Assembly: GCA_035477775.1 (NCBI GenBank)
Contig: DATIKH010000080.1
Span: 41-64,040 of the forward strand
Reading direction: 5' to 3'
Source of the DNA: Bacteroidales bacterium
GTDB lineage: Bacteria > Bacteroidota > Bacteroidia > Bacteroidales > UBA7960
Length of the DNA: 64,000 bases
Of this stretch, positions 19,560-28,103 are shown in pieces. The position numbers were made by a program, and so were the translations under genes. Positions within the stretch are counted from its first letter, which is position 1, and every line of letters begins with the position of its first letter. The notes under the pieces were generated by a model. The model was not told the DNA's origin. It was given only the letters and a program-made list of their open reading frames with translations, and did no database searches.

Positions 19560-19880
19560 GTCAGAAGGGCAAATGAAGTGTAAGCTTCCCCTTTTTTCGG
19601 GCAATTCAAAATCAGAGTATTTCCTTTAATTTCTAGGTTTAATCTTACTTGATTTGGATTTTCTTCTTTAAACCCTGATAAATCTTCAAACCACATTTTT
19701 TTATTTTAATTATCGCTAACGGTCCCACTCTTGGCGTTCGTGCGGGTTTCGGCTTGTGCTGAGCGAAGTTGAAGCAAGCACAAAACTGTCAACCCAGCAC
19801 TAAAGCCCAATTGGAAAACTGAACTTGAATCTACCACAGTTAGCCCGCATGGCCCCAAACCGCTGTTAGTCGTTCGCCCT

Positions 19881-21560
19881 TCATTCTGTCAACCAATTTA
19901 GTGCTTCCTCTGTAATGCCGTTATACCAATCTACTTCATTGTCTGTCGAGTTTGCTAATTCATTTGAACGCTCGAAAAATCGTTGAACGTGTTTTGGTTC
20001 GGGAACATAGTTTGCGTTATGAGAGTCCTGAACCATTTTAATAAAAACACTCAAAGGCAATGGAACTATTGTCGAAGTCCCACCATAATATTGAATGTTC
20101 ATTTTGTGTAATGCGTAAAAATGGGCTTTACAAGCGTCATTTATATTCGGTGCAATGAATAAACAGTAAGCTGGTTTTTCAGCTTCTCTTTTGTATTTTG
20201 CAAGGTGTCTTGTTACTGGTTCGCCCTCTGTTTCATATTGTCTTTGTCCGCTCTGCATAGTTACTTCTACTGTTAAACCGAAGTCGCCATAATCGCAAAC
20301 AATGTCAGCCATATTTCCTTGTGCTGTTGACATTGGATTTCCAAAGTCATCAAACTTCAAATTGGCTTTAATCTCTCCACCGTCCAACATTGTCATTGCT
20401 CGCCAAGTGTTCCATTCCAACATAAGTGGCGTGTCATAAAGTGAATTATCAAGTATCTGGTCAAATGTTGTGGAAATATCTTCAAATAGTCGGTAGTCTT
20501 TGATTGCAGCAACCTGTTCAGTTAGAATTTGCTCTTTTCGGTTTTCTAACTCGTCAGCAAATAAGTTTTTAAGGTCTTGTAATGTTGCAGTTTCGGAAAA
20601 TTCAAGTTGAGGAAATTCTGCTCTAATTTTTTGCTCTAATAATTCTCTATTGTCTGTTAGAAGTGTCGGAATAAGTGGATTACCGAGATAAGCAACATAT
20701 TGACCTTCATTATCAATAAAGCAAGGTTCTCTATCTGTATGTTGTAAGAAATAATCAACTTCCTGAATTTTTTCAGGAACTATTGAGATTGATTTTCCTA
20801 AATGCGAAATGTTCACCAAACCTGTTGCTCTCAAATATCGGAAGCAAGCATCAGCGTAATCTCTCATATTGCTTGCTTTGGTGCTTAGAAATTTTGTAAT
20901 TGAAGCATCATTTGTTTCTCTGGTTCGTGTATTTCCTGAACTTATATCGGCACTGTAAATTTCTCTTAGTTCTCTGTCGAAATATTCTGCTCTAAAACGC
21001 TTGTAGTTTCCTTCATTCTGTGCTTTGGTAATCCTGAATTGGTTGATTTTCTCAACAATAGTGTCAAACTCTCGGTAATCCACTAACTGCAAGCCAAACA
21101 TCATTAATTCATCAAATTTCAATGAGCCAAAATGTCTAATGAGTCTGAAAAGTTCAAGGTATGGCTTTACCCAAAATTCTGCTGAATTTTCAGTCGGTTT
21201 ATGGAATGGTGAAGGAACTTGAAATTTGAGAAGTTGTCTTAAAAATATTTCGTCTTTTCTTCTTGAGTTTACAAGTTCTTCTCCTGCTGGTGTAAGTTGA
21301 ATCGTTGGGGAAAGAATTACAAAACCAAGTGCTTTTGGCCCTCTGTTTATTCTGTCTCTTGCACTAAATGCAGGGTCATTTGCACCTTCGCCATTGAAAA
21401 AGTTTTCCTCTCTCAATAGCTCCATAAAAGCTCTTTGAGTTTCGGTATTCCATCTTTGTCCTGCGAAATGGGTGTGTAAAAGCCCAACTTCAGGAATCAT
21501 CTTTGCAGGTGTCCGTGGTGAAGTGGTTACAAAAATTACTTTACTGTCAATTCTAGCCAT
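19881..21560 (-). CDS. Type II restriction endonuclease, AlwI family (likely)
   Basis: 559 aa. N-terminal VTTSPRTP...DPAFSARDRINRGPKALGF and C-terminal ADIVCDYGDFGLTVEVTMQSGQRQYETEGEPVTRHL match my recollection of AlwI/BstNBI-family conserved blocks. Overlaps the upstream MTase gene by 8 nt. Confidence 0.7.
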   Translation of the reverse strand: MARIDSKVIFVTTSPRTPAKMIPEVGLLHTHFAGQRWNTETQRAFMELLREENFFNGEGANDPAFSARDRINRGPKALGFVILSPTIQLTPAGEELVNSRRKDEIFLRQLLKFQVPSPFHKPTENSAEFWVKPYLELFRLIRHFGSLKFDELMMFGLQLVDYREFDTIVEKINQFRITKAQNEGNYKRFRAEYFDRELREIYSADISSGNTRTRETNDASITKFLSTKASNMRDYADACFRYLRATGLVNISHLGKSISIVPEKIQEVDYFLQHTDREPCFIDNEGQYVAYLGNPLIPTLLTDNRELLEQKIRAEFPQLEFSETATLQDLKNLFADELENRKEQILTEQVAAIKDYRLFEDISTTFDQILDNSLYDTPLMLEWNTWRAMTMLDGGEIKANLKFDDFGNPMSTAQGNMADIVCDYGDFGLTVEVTMQSGQRQYETEGEPVTRHLAKYKREAEKPAYCLFIAPNINDACKAHFYALHKMNIQYYGGTSTIVPLPLSVFIKMVQDSHNANYVPEPKHVQRFFERSNELANSTDNEVDWYNGITEEALNWLTE

Positions 21561-22467
21561 TGGAAACAGATTCTTCTTCTAGTATTAATCTGGGTTCTCG
21601 TTTTAATGCTTCATTGCCATAGTTAGAAATAAGTATGTGGCTCGCTTCTGACTTAAATCTGTTTCTAATATTAACTGCATAAGACTTGCCGTATTCATTT
21701 ACAATGTATTCTCCATATAATTTTTCAGTTAATGGTGTTCTGCCAATAACCATAAGTGCTTTGCACTTTAGATTTTTATATTGGTTCGCTAATTCTATAT
21801 GGTCCTTTTCATTGAATCCGTCTTTGTGTTCGGCATTACCATAATCTGAAAAAACGCAATCATAAGGCGGGTCTAAAAACATAAAGTCGTCTTTGGTCGC
21901 CATTTTAAAAATCTCGGAATAGTCGAGATTATAAATTTTTGTATTAGCAAGTAATTTGCTGTGAAATTTTGTAACTAATGAAGTGTTTAGGTTTGCATAT
22001 CTACCATAAGGCACATTGAATTCTCCTTTTGCATTGTAGCGTATCATTCCTGAATATGCAGTCTTATTTATGAAAAAATAAAGCAAAGCATCAGAGTGTT
22101 TTTTTTCGGTCAGTTCATTGAACATATCTCTGATTTGATAATACAGAGGTTCGTTTTCATCTTCAACTCGCTTGTCAGGTGTTTTACTTTTTAGTTCTTC
22201 AAAGTTTCTGCGGTTAATGGCGTAAACCCGCTCTATTTCCGATAATTCTTTTTTGAGTGTGTCAAAGTCGTTTTTTACGCCTAAGTAAAATGATATGAGT
22301 TTTGAATTAATGTCATTTATGATTGCTCTTTTCGGCTCTAAATGAAAGAACAAAGCACCACCACCAAAAAACGGCTCAATATATTGTCCGCTATATTGTG
22401 GAATGTGTTTAATCAAATGAGGTATTTCTTTTGACTTTCCTCCTCTGTATTTTACAAGTGGTTTCAT
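21553..22467 (-). CDS. D12-class (Dam-like) N6-adenine DNA methyltransferase
   Basis: YRGGKSKE, SAM motif EPFFGGGALFF, INDINSKLISFY, catalytic DPPY (FLDPPYD). Confidence 0.88.
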   Translation of the reverse strand: MKPLVKYRGGKSKEIPHLIKHIPQYSGQYIEPFFGGGALFFHLEPKRAIINDINSKLISFYLGVKNDFDTLKKELSEIERVYAINRRNFEELKSKTPDKRVEDENEPLYYQIRDMFNELTEKKHSDALLYFFINKTAYSGMIRYNAKGEFNVPYGRYANLNTSLVTKFHSKLLANTKIYNLDYSEIFKMATKDDFMFLDPPYDCVFSDYGNAEHKDGFNEKDHIELANQYKNLKCKALMVIGRTPLTEKLYGEYIVNEYGKSYAVNIRNRFKSEASHILISNYGNEALKREPRLILEEESVSNG

Positions 22468-22775
22468 ACTTTGGCTGATTTACGTTTATATTGAACAATA
22501 CTTTCAGCAACCACATTTAAAATTTGTGTTGCTTCTTCCTCTTCGGCAATAATGTCGTAAACCTTGTCTGCCGACCATAAACGTATTAACTCTTTCGAGT
22601 CAACTTCAAGCAAGTCCGCAAGTATAGTTACCTGTTCTCGTTTCGCTCGTCTGTCGCCTTTTTCAATCTTACAGTATGTTGCTGTGTCAATCTCTAACGC
22701 AGCAGCTAACTGTCGTTGAGGGATTTGTTTCTCCTCTCGAAGTGTCCTGATTTTATTACCAAAGATTGTTGACAT
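22464..22775 (-). CDS. XRE-family HTH protein, probable R-M controller (C) protein
   Basis: HTH_3 pattern IRTLREEKQIPQRQLAAALEIDTATYCKIEKGDR. First gene of the cassette. Its stop overlaps the MTase ATG (ATGA at 22464-22467). Confidence 0.7.
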   Translation of the reverse strand: MSTIFGNKIRTLREEKQIPQRQLAAALEIDTATYCKIEKGDRRAKREQVTILADLLEVDSKELIRLWSADKVYDIIAEEEEATQILNVVAESIVQYKRKSAKV

Positions 22776-22780
22776 AAGTT

Positions 22781-22790
22781 TGTCTTGACA
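22781..22790 (-). promoter_or_regulatory. Palindrome TGTCTTGACA between the -7 box and the C-gene ATG (possible C-box/operator)
   Basis: Read directly: TGTC-N2-GACA, 6 nt upstream of the start codon. Operator role is inferred by analogy with C-protein autoregulation. Confidence 0.3.
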
Positions 22791-22798
22791 TTATTTGG

Positions 22799-22806
22799 CA
22801 AATATA
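22799..22806 (-). promoter_or_regulatory. Candidate -7 box TATATTTG for the C-M-R operon
   Basis: Exact TAnnTTTG, 24 nt upstream of the C-gene ATG. Confidence 0.45.
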
Positions 22807-23223
22807 ATTCTTTTTTCTTTCGGTCGTCATATTTTTTTGCACGGTCTGTCTTTTTAGGGTGACGGCTAACTCGCTTATTCCCTTACCAAAAGTTGGTTTA
22901 TACGCCCATTTTTCGGTGTATAAGTGTACCTACCAGGTTGGTTTTATTTTTTCAAAGATAAAATTTTTCACAAATTATCAAACGGACTTTTGACTTTTTG
23001 AAGACGTTTGGTTGATAAATCGTATTGATTCTGGTTGATTTGCTGCTTTTATGCGCCAATAGCTAATGAGCTTCAGGCCGGTCATCGTTGTTTCGGGGCA
23101 TTTTGCAGCAAACATCTGCCGCATCCGGTGCAGGGTTGATGGTTGTGGTTTTTGAAAACAAGAAAAAACATGGAATTTCTATTACCATTGAAATTTTTTG
23201 TAACTTGGACTGATGGTTCTGAT

Positions 23224-26130
23224 ATGAAACAAACATTCATTTCATTTCTTATTCTATTTATTAGTCTTGCGCCCTACTCGCTTGAAGCTCAGATAAAAGG
23301 CAAGGGCCTTCCTTTTATTGTGAACCATTCCAACAGTGTGTATAATGCAGGGACACAAAACTGGAGCATTACCCAGGGCCATACCGGCTTCATGTATTTT
23401 GCCAACAACGACGGAATCCTTGAGTTCGACGGTACTTCCTGGCAGGTTTTTCCGGTAACGAACGAATCTGTGGTACGATCTGTTTTGGCAGTAGGCGATA
23501 AAATTTATGCAGGGGCATTTGAGGAAATTGGGTACCTTACACCTGACACCACCGGGCAAATGCGTTGGAATTCACTGGTTTCGCTTATTCCTGCCCAATA
23601 TGCCAATTTCGACGAGGTGTGGCGAATCTTTCATCACAACGACCGTATTATTTTTCAGTCGTTCTCGCATATTTTCATTTTACAGGATAACTCCATACAG
23701 GTTATAGAACCTTTGGCTGAATTCAGTTTTATGCACCAGGTTGGTAATTCGTTCTTTCTGGTGGAGCAGACCGAAGGACTCATGACCTTAAAAAACGACA
23801 CACTGGTACTTGTTTCGAACCATCCGATTTTTTTTCGTAATGAGATAATGTTTATGCTGCCCCTGTCGCCCCAGAGGATATTGGTAGGAACTTCGAACGA
23901 AGGGATCTTTGTGATGGAGGGTGGCCGCCTTACGCCATGGCAAAGCCAGGTAAACCCCCACTTAGCAATGCAAAAGCTTTTCTCGGGAGTATTGCTGAGC
24001 GATGGAAACTTTGCATTTGGCACCATCAGAGACGGACTTTATGTTACCGACGCACAGGGAAAAGTTTTGCAACATCTGAACAGGTTCAAAGGGCTTCAGA
24101 ACAATACCATTTTGTCAATTTTTCAGGATCGTCGCAACAATCTTTGGATAGGGCTTGATAATGGCATCGATCTGGTTGAGATAGGATCACCCATTACCAT
24201 TTTCAACCACATCTTTAATATCGGAAGTGTGTATGCAAGTATTGTTCATAACAACCGTATTTATGTTGGTACCAATCAGGGGCTGTTTGTAGCTCCGTTT
24301 GATGCGATTCATAATCAGGCTGGTCTTAATCCTGGCTTTACCTTGATAGAAGGCACCGAAGGACAGGTTTGGAGCCTGCAGGTGATTGGAAATACTTTGT
24401 TTTGCGGCCACAATATTGGATGTTTTATTATCGAAGGCAATAGCGCCAGACAGATATCCGATGTTCGGGGCTTCTGGTCATTTTTACAAAACCCGTTTAA
24501 TCCTTCACAGATTTTGGCTGGAACCTACTCCGGCCTGGCATTATTAACCTATGCTGGCGGACAATGGATTTTTGATGGGCCAATTGAAGGGTTTCAGGAG
24601 TCCAGCCGCCATTTTTTTGTTGACCATCAGAAAAATATCTGGGTTTCGCATGGTTACAGGGGTATCTTCAAGCTGACACCTCAGGACGATTTTCGTAAAA
24701 TTACCACAGCATCATTAATAAGGAATCAACTTGGGCTGCCTTATGAACTTCCTTTTACTTTAAATGTCATAAACGGCCAGATGGTTGTATCCACCAGGGA
24801 AGGACTATTTCGATACGATTATTCGGAACATAGGTTTATTCCTGACCCCTTACTCAGTCAAATTTTTGCTAACAAAGGTTTTATCGACAAATTGCAGCAG
24901 GATTCCGATGGCAATCTCTGGTATTTTACGGATCATTACTTAGGATTGATGCGTCGCCTTGAAGATGGTACCTACCGCGATGTTGTTGCTCCATTCTCGC
25001 GCATCAATGACTTTTTGCTTCCCGCTTTCCAAAACATTTTTATCAAATCTGAAGACAATATACTAATCGGTACCCAATTAGGGCTGGTTCATTACAATTC
25101 AGAAATAATAAACGCAAAAAAGAATTCTGAGCCGGTTTTTTTCAGAGAAGTAGTGTTCTACGGAAGGGATGGCGAGAGGGTGGTTTTACCAATGCAAGAT
25201 CATACCATAAGCAACATTGAAACAAGATTCCCGTTTGCCCACAACTCTGTGGCCTTCCGATTCACTACACCTGTTTTTCAAAATCCGGTAGCAATAAGGT
25301 TTTCATATAGATTGAGGGGCTTTGAAGCAGACTGGTCGGAGTGGGCTATAACCAATTTTAAGGAATATACAAACTTGAGGGAAGGCAACTATGTTTTCGA
25401 GGTTAAAGCCATCAATGCATTTGGAATCGAAAGTCCGGTGTCAGAATTTCCATTTAGTATTGCCCCTCCCTGGCACCGGTCAAATCTGGCCTTCGCCTTT
25501 TATGCCTTGTTGGCATTGATAATCATGGTAGGCAATCTCTATTATATCCGAAGGCGCATCTTGAGGGTACGCCAGCGCGAAAAAATCCGGCTCGAGAAAA
25601 GGCTCACTCAGCGGGAAAAACTTTTTCGGGAGCAGAATATTCTTAGTGAAAAAGAAATTTTGCACCTTCGAAACGAAACTTTACGTATTGAAATGGATCA
25701 TAAAAATAAAGAACTGGCCAATGCCACCCTCCATTTGATCCAGAAAAACAAGACCCTTACCGACCTGAAAGATGACCTAGGGCGACTATTAAGAAAAAGC
25801 AATCAGGAAGGTCACGATAAACTATTGCTAAACAATCTTCTGCGAAAAGTAACCAAGGATTTGCGCAATGAACAAAACTGGGAAATATTCAATAGTTATT
25901 TCGATGAGGTACACCAGAATTTTATCAGCAGGCTGAAATCCCGCTACAGCAACCTTACCCCGAAAGACCTGCGGCTCTGTGCCTATCTTCGAATGAATAT
26001 CTCCTCTAAAGAAATTGCTCCTTTGATGAATGTCTCTGTGCGTGGTGTTGAAATCAGCAGGTATCGACTGCGTCAAAAACTCAAGCTTTCGCACGATACC
26101 AATCTTGCCGAATTCATCATGACTTTCTGA
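23224..26130 (+). CDS. PUL regulator: periplasmic two-component-regulator propeller/Y_Y_Y sensor, one TM segment, C-terminal LuxR/GerE HTH
   Basis: Signal peptide MKQTFISFLILFISLAPYSLEAQ from ATG 23224. Repeated beta-propeller-like units. Y_Y_Y region YRLRGFEADWSEW...GNYVFEVKA. TM segment AFAFYALLALIIMVGNLYY. C-terminal LTPKDLRLCAYLRMNISSKEIAPLMNVSVRGVEISRYRLRQKL. Confidence 0.85.
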   Translation: MKQTFISFLILFISLAPYSLEAQIKGKGLPFIVNHSNSVYNAGTQNWSITQGHTGFMYFANNDGILEFDGTSWQVFPVTNESVVRSVLAVGDKIYAGAFEEIGYLTPDTTGQMRWNSLVSLIPAQYANFDEVWRIFHHNDRIIFQSFSHIFILQDNSIQVIEPLAEFSFMHQVGNSFFLVEQTEGLMTLKNDTLVLVSNHPIFFRNEIMFMLPLSPQRILVGTSNEGIFVMEGGRLTPWQSQVNPHLAMQKLFSGVLLSDGNFAFGTIRDGLYVTDAQGKVLQHLNRFKGLQNNTILSIFQDRRNNLWIGLDNGIDLVEIGSPITIFNHIFNIGSVYASIVHNNRIYVGTNQGLFVAPFDAIHNQAGLNPGFTLIEGTEGQVWSLQVIGNTLFCGHNIGCFIIEGNSARQISDVRGFWSFLQNPFNPSQILAGTYSGLALLTYAGGQWIFDGPIEGFQESSRHFFVDHQKNIWVSHGYRGIFKLTPQDDFRKITTASLIRNQLGLPYELPFTLNVINGQMVVSTREGLFRYDYSEHRFIPDPLLSQIFANKGFIDKLQQDSDGNLWYFTDHYLGLMRRLEDGTYRDVVAPFSRINDFLLPAFQNIFIKSEDNILIGTQLGLVHYNSEIINAKKNSEPVFFREVVFYGRDGERVVLPMQDHTISNIETRFPFAHNSVAFRFTTPVFQNPVAIRFSYRLRGFEADWSEWAITNFKEYTNLREGNYVFEVKAINAFGIESPVSEFPFSIAPPWHRSNLAFAFYALLALIIMVGNLYYIRRRILRVRQREKIRLEKRLTQREKLFREQNILSEKEILHLRNETLRIEMDHKNKELANATLHLIQKNKTLTDLKDDLGRLLRKSNQEGHDKLLLNNLLRKVTKDLRNEQNWEIFNSYFDEVHQNFISRLKSRYSNLTPKDLRLCAYLRMNISSKEIAPLMNVSVRGVEISRYRLRQKLKLSHDTNLAEFIMTF

Positions 26131-26493
26131 TCATTTCCCGGTGAAATTATTCCTGGGGTTGCTTTTTCATCAAGCTGCAATTTCAAGATAGCCCCTCGGA
26201 CTAGATTCTAAATTCCTATACCCTTTAAGGTAAGTTTCTAATTCCGAATTCATGTTTTGGGCAATAAATTTTGGATTGGTTCACCTGCTCAGGCGCTATT
26301 TTAAGGAACCTGAAATCCGAAGAAAATCTAAAAAATTGAGCAAGTATTAAAACTAAATTAAATTTTTCAATCAACTTGAATACAGAGACATAATTTTTGA
26401 ATGATGTAATATTGTTGTAGTGAAAAATTGAATGTGTGAAATTTTGATGAAGCCAAATATTTGCAATTCGGGAACAAATTACTATAATATTGC

Positions 26494-26517
26494 AAAGGCT
26501 TAAAGTTTGAAAGGCTT
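26494..26517 (+). promoter_or_regulatory. Tandem AAAGGCTT-N8-AAAGGCTT in the PUL leader (possible regulator site)
   Basis: Read directly: 26494-26501 and 26510-26517, ~80 nt upstream of the first PUL gene. Function is inferred only. Confidence 0.25.
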
Positions 26518-26592
26518 TTTGTTTTCCGGTAACGAAGTTTTCTTTTCTCAAACCACAATAACATTTTTATCTAACCAAAATCATCAGGAATT

Positions 26593-28050
26593 ATGAAAAA
26601 AATCAAAATGAAATCATCACACTTTATTGGTGTGTTTTTACTTTTTGGCCTGTTTTCTTTCATGGCATTGCAATCTTGCCGCGAAGAAGAAGTTTTTGAA
26701 GATCCCATTGCCACTTTTCAATTTCAGGTTAGTGCTGACAACTGGCGACAGGTTATTTTCACAAACTTTTCCTCTAACGCCACTTCTTTCAGTTGGGATT
26801 TTGGCGATGGCAACACCTCTACATTAGAAAATCCCACGCATACCTTTGCCAGGGCCGATACTTTTACCGTAACCCTGACCGCCACAAATCCTGTAGGGGT
26901 CACTGCCACCCACACCAGAGAAGTGAACGTAACAGATCCGTTTGCTGCTTTAACATTGCTGGCTGGCGAAACTTCCAGAACATGGCGTCTGCATCGTGTT
27001 GGAACAAGCATGGGTGTTGGTCCAAACGCGGCAGAGGCTCGCAGCTGGTGGTCCTTGACCAATAATGGTACCCGTCCGTGTGTCTATTTTCACGAATTTA
27101 CATTCAACCGGAACGGACAATTCATCTTCGACGATAAAGGGTCTTTCTGGGGAGAAGATGCTGTATTTGCAGGCACCCCAAGGCACGGAGTATGCTTCGC
27201 TGCTATTCCTGGTAATATGATTAACAGTGCCGGTGCCGATGTACGTGCCTGGCTAAGTGGTACCCACCAGTTTACATACGATCCTGTCAACAACAAAATA
27301 ACCCTTAACGGCCTCGGCGCCTGGATGGGTATGCCCCAATTGGGAACCACCGCTGAAAGTATCGTACCTACTCCTACCAGAACCTTTAATGCTGTTATTC
27401 AGCGTCATACTGGTTTTGATTTGCTTATTATTTCATACGCTTATGCTGATTTGTATTGGAGTTTTACCTATGCAAGCTATACAAATCCAGCGCTTGAGCC
27501 TGCGGTTGAATTACCTGGTGCTGGATTGCCCCGGGTCACCCCAACTTCATTGTTTATTAATTTTTCTTCAAGGTTACCTGCCGACAGGGCGCTTATCGAC
27601 ACTGTAACTTCTAATTCAACGGTAAACTTTGGGGTAGCAGATCCGCTAAATCCAACCGGCCCCAGGGTAGGTCAGTTTAACAGGGTGGCGGGGCAACCAT
27701 GGCAAGAACTGCAGATGAGAACCGAGCTGCCACGCCGCGACATTCAGTTTACCAACTTTACCACCGCCCTGATTGATATTTATATTCCTGCAAACACTGA
27801 CTTTACTACTTTGGTGAGGCAAATTACGTTTGGCTTCGGCGATGTAAGCCATACCACCCAATGGTGGACATCACCGGTTCAAACTGTTCTCACAGGCGAT
27901 GCTGTAGTTTTAGGTAGCTGGCATACCTATTCATTTGACCTCACCGCTGTAAAAGCGCGAACAGATCTTGATATGATCTATCTTGGCATAGGTGGTGGAG
28001 GCCACACAGCAGGAGGTACTTTCTTCGTCCGGAATCTTAGGTTTCAATAA
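26593..28050 (+). CDS. PKD-domain surface lipoprotein, probable surface glycan-binding protein
   Basis: Lipobox ALQSC. PKD domain FSWDFGDGNTSTLENPTHTFARADTFTVTLTATNPVG. About 370 aa of unassigned C-terminal sequence. PUL context. Confidence 0.75.
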   Translation: MKKIKMKSSHFIGVFLLFGLFSFMALQSCREEEVFEDPIATFQFQVSADNWRQVIFTNFSSNATSFSWDFGDGNTSTLENPTHTFARADTFTVTLTATNPVGVTATHTREVNVTDPFAALTLLAGETSRTWRLHRVGTSMGVGPNAAEARSWWSLTNNGTRPCVYFHEFTFNRNGQFIFDDKGSFWGEDAVFAGTPRHGVCFAAIPGNMINSAGADVRAWLSGTHQFTYDPVNNKITLNGLGAWMGMPQLGTTAESIVPTPTRTFNAVIQRHTGFDLLIISYAYADLYWSFTYASYTNPALEPAVELPGAGLPRVTPTSLFINFSSRLPADRALIDTVTSNSTVNFGVADPLNPTGPRVGQFNRVAGQPWQELQMRTELPRRDIQFTNFTTALIDIYIPANTDFTTLVRQITFGFGDVSHTTQWWTSPVQTVLTGDAVVLGSWHTYSFDLTAVKARTDLDMIYLGIGGGGHTAGGTFFVRNLRFQ

Positions 28051-28060
28051 TCCACATTTT

Positions 28061-28097
28061 AAGGGTTGCAGGTTTATCACCTGCAGCCCTTAATTTT
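28061..28097 (+). terminator. Intra-operon hairpin (attenuator/terminator-like) between the PKD gene and GH16
   Basis: 13-bp stem AAGGGTTGCAGGT / ACCTGCAGCCCTT (one G-U), loop TTATC, then AATTTTAAT. Confidence 0.5.
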
Positions 28098-28103
28098 AAT
28101 AAC

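Noticed and set aside
851-19604. Many 60-200-aa track ORFs nested in or antisense to cydA, cydB, cydD/C, the acyltransferase, the BASS transporter, htpG (for example 12313-12918), PspC (14828-15562) and E1 (17076-17489, 17559-17987, 18075-18428)
   Set aside because: Each lies fully inside a longer ORF with clear family signatures. Their sequences are low-complexity or Arg/Ser/Cys-rich, as expected for out-of-frame translation.
19838-22871. Inverted GGCTAACT 8-mers treated as true terminal inverted repeats of a mobile R-M element
   Set aside because: An 8-bp (10 of 12) inverted match within 3 kb is not statistically compelling, and no transposase or recombinase is present. It is kept only as a minor note within the R-M finding.
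26225-26564. Two minus-strand ORFs (108 and 65 aa) in the AT-rich PUL leader
   Set aside because: Their composition (Ile/Phe/Asn/Lys-rich) reflects AT-rich non-coding DNA. They have no recognisable domain. The region is better explained as a promoter/leader.
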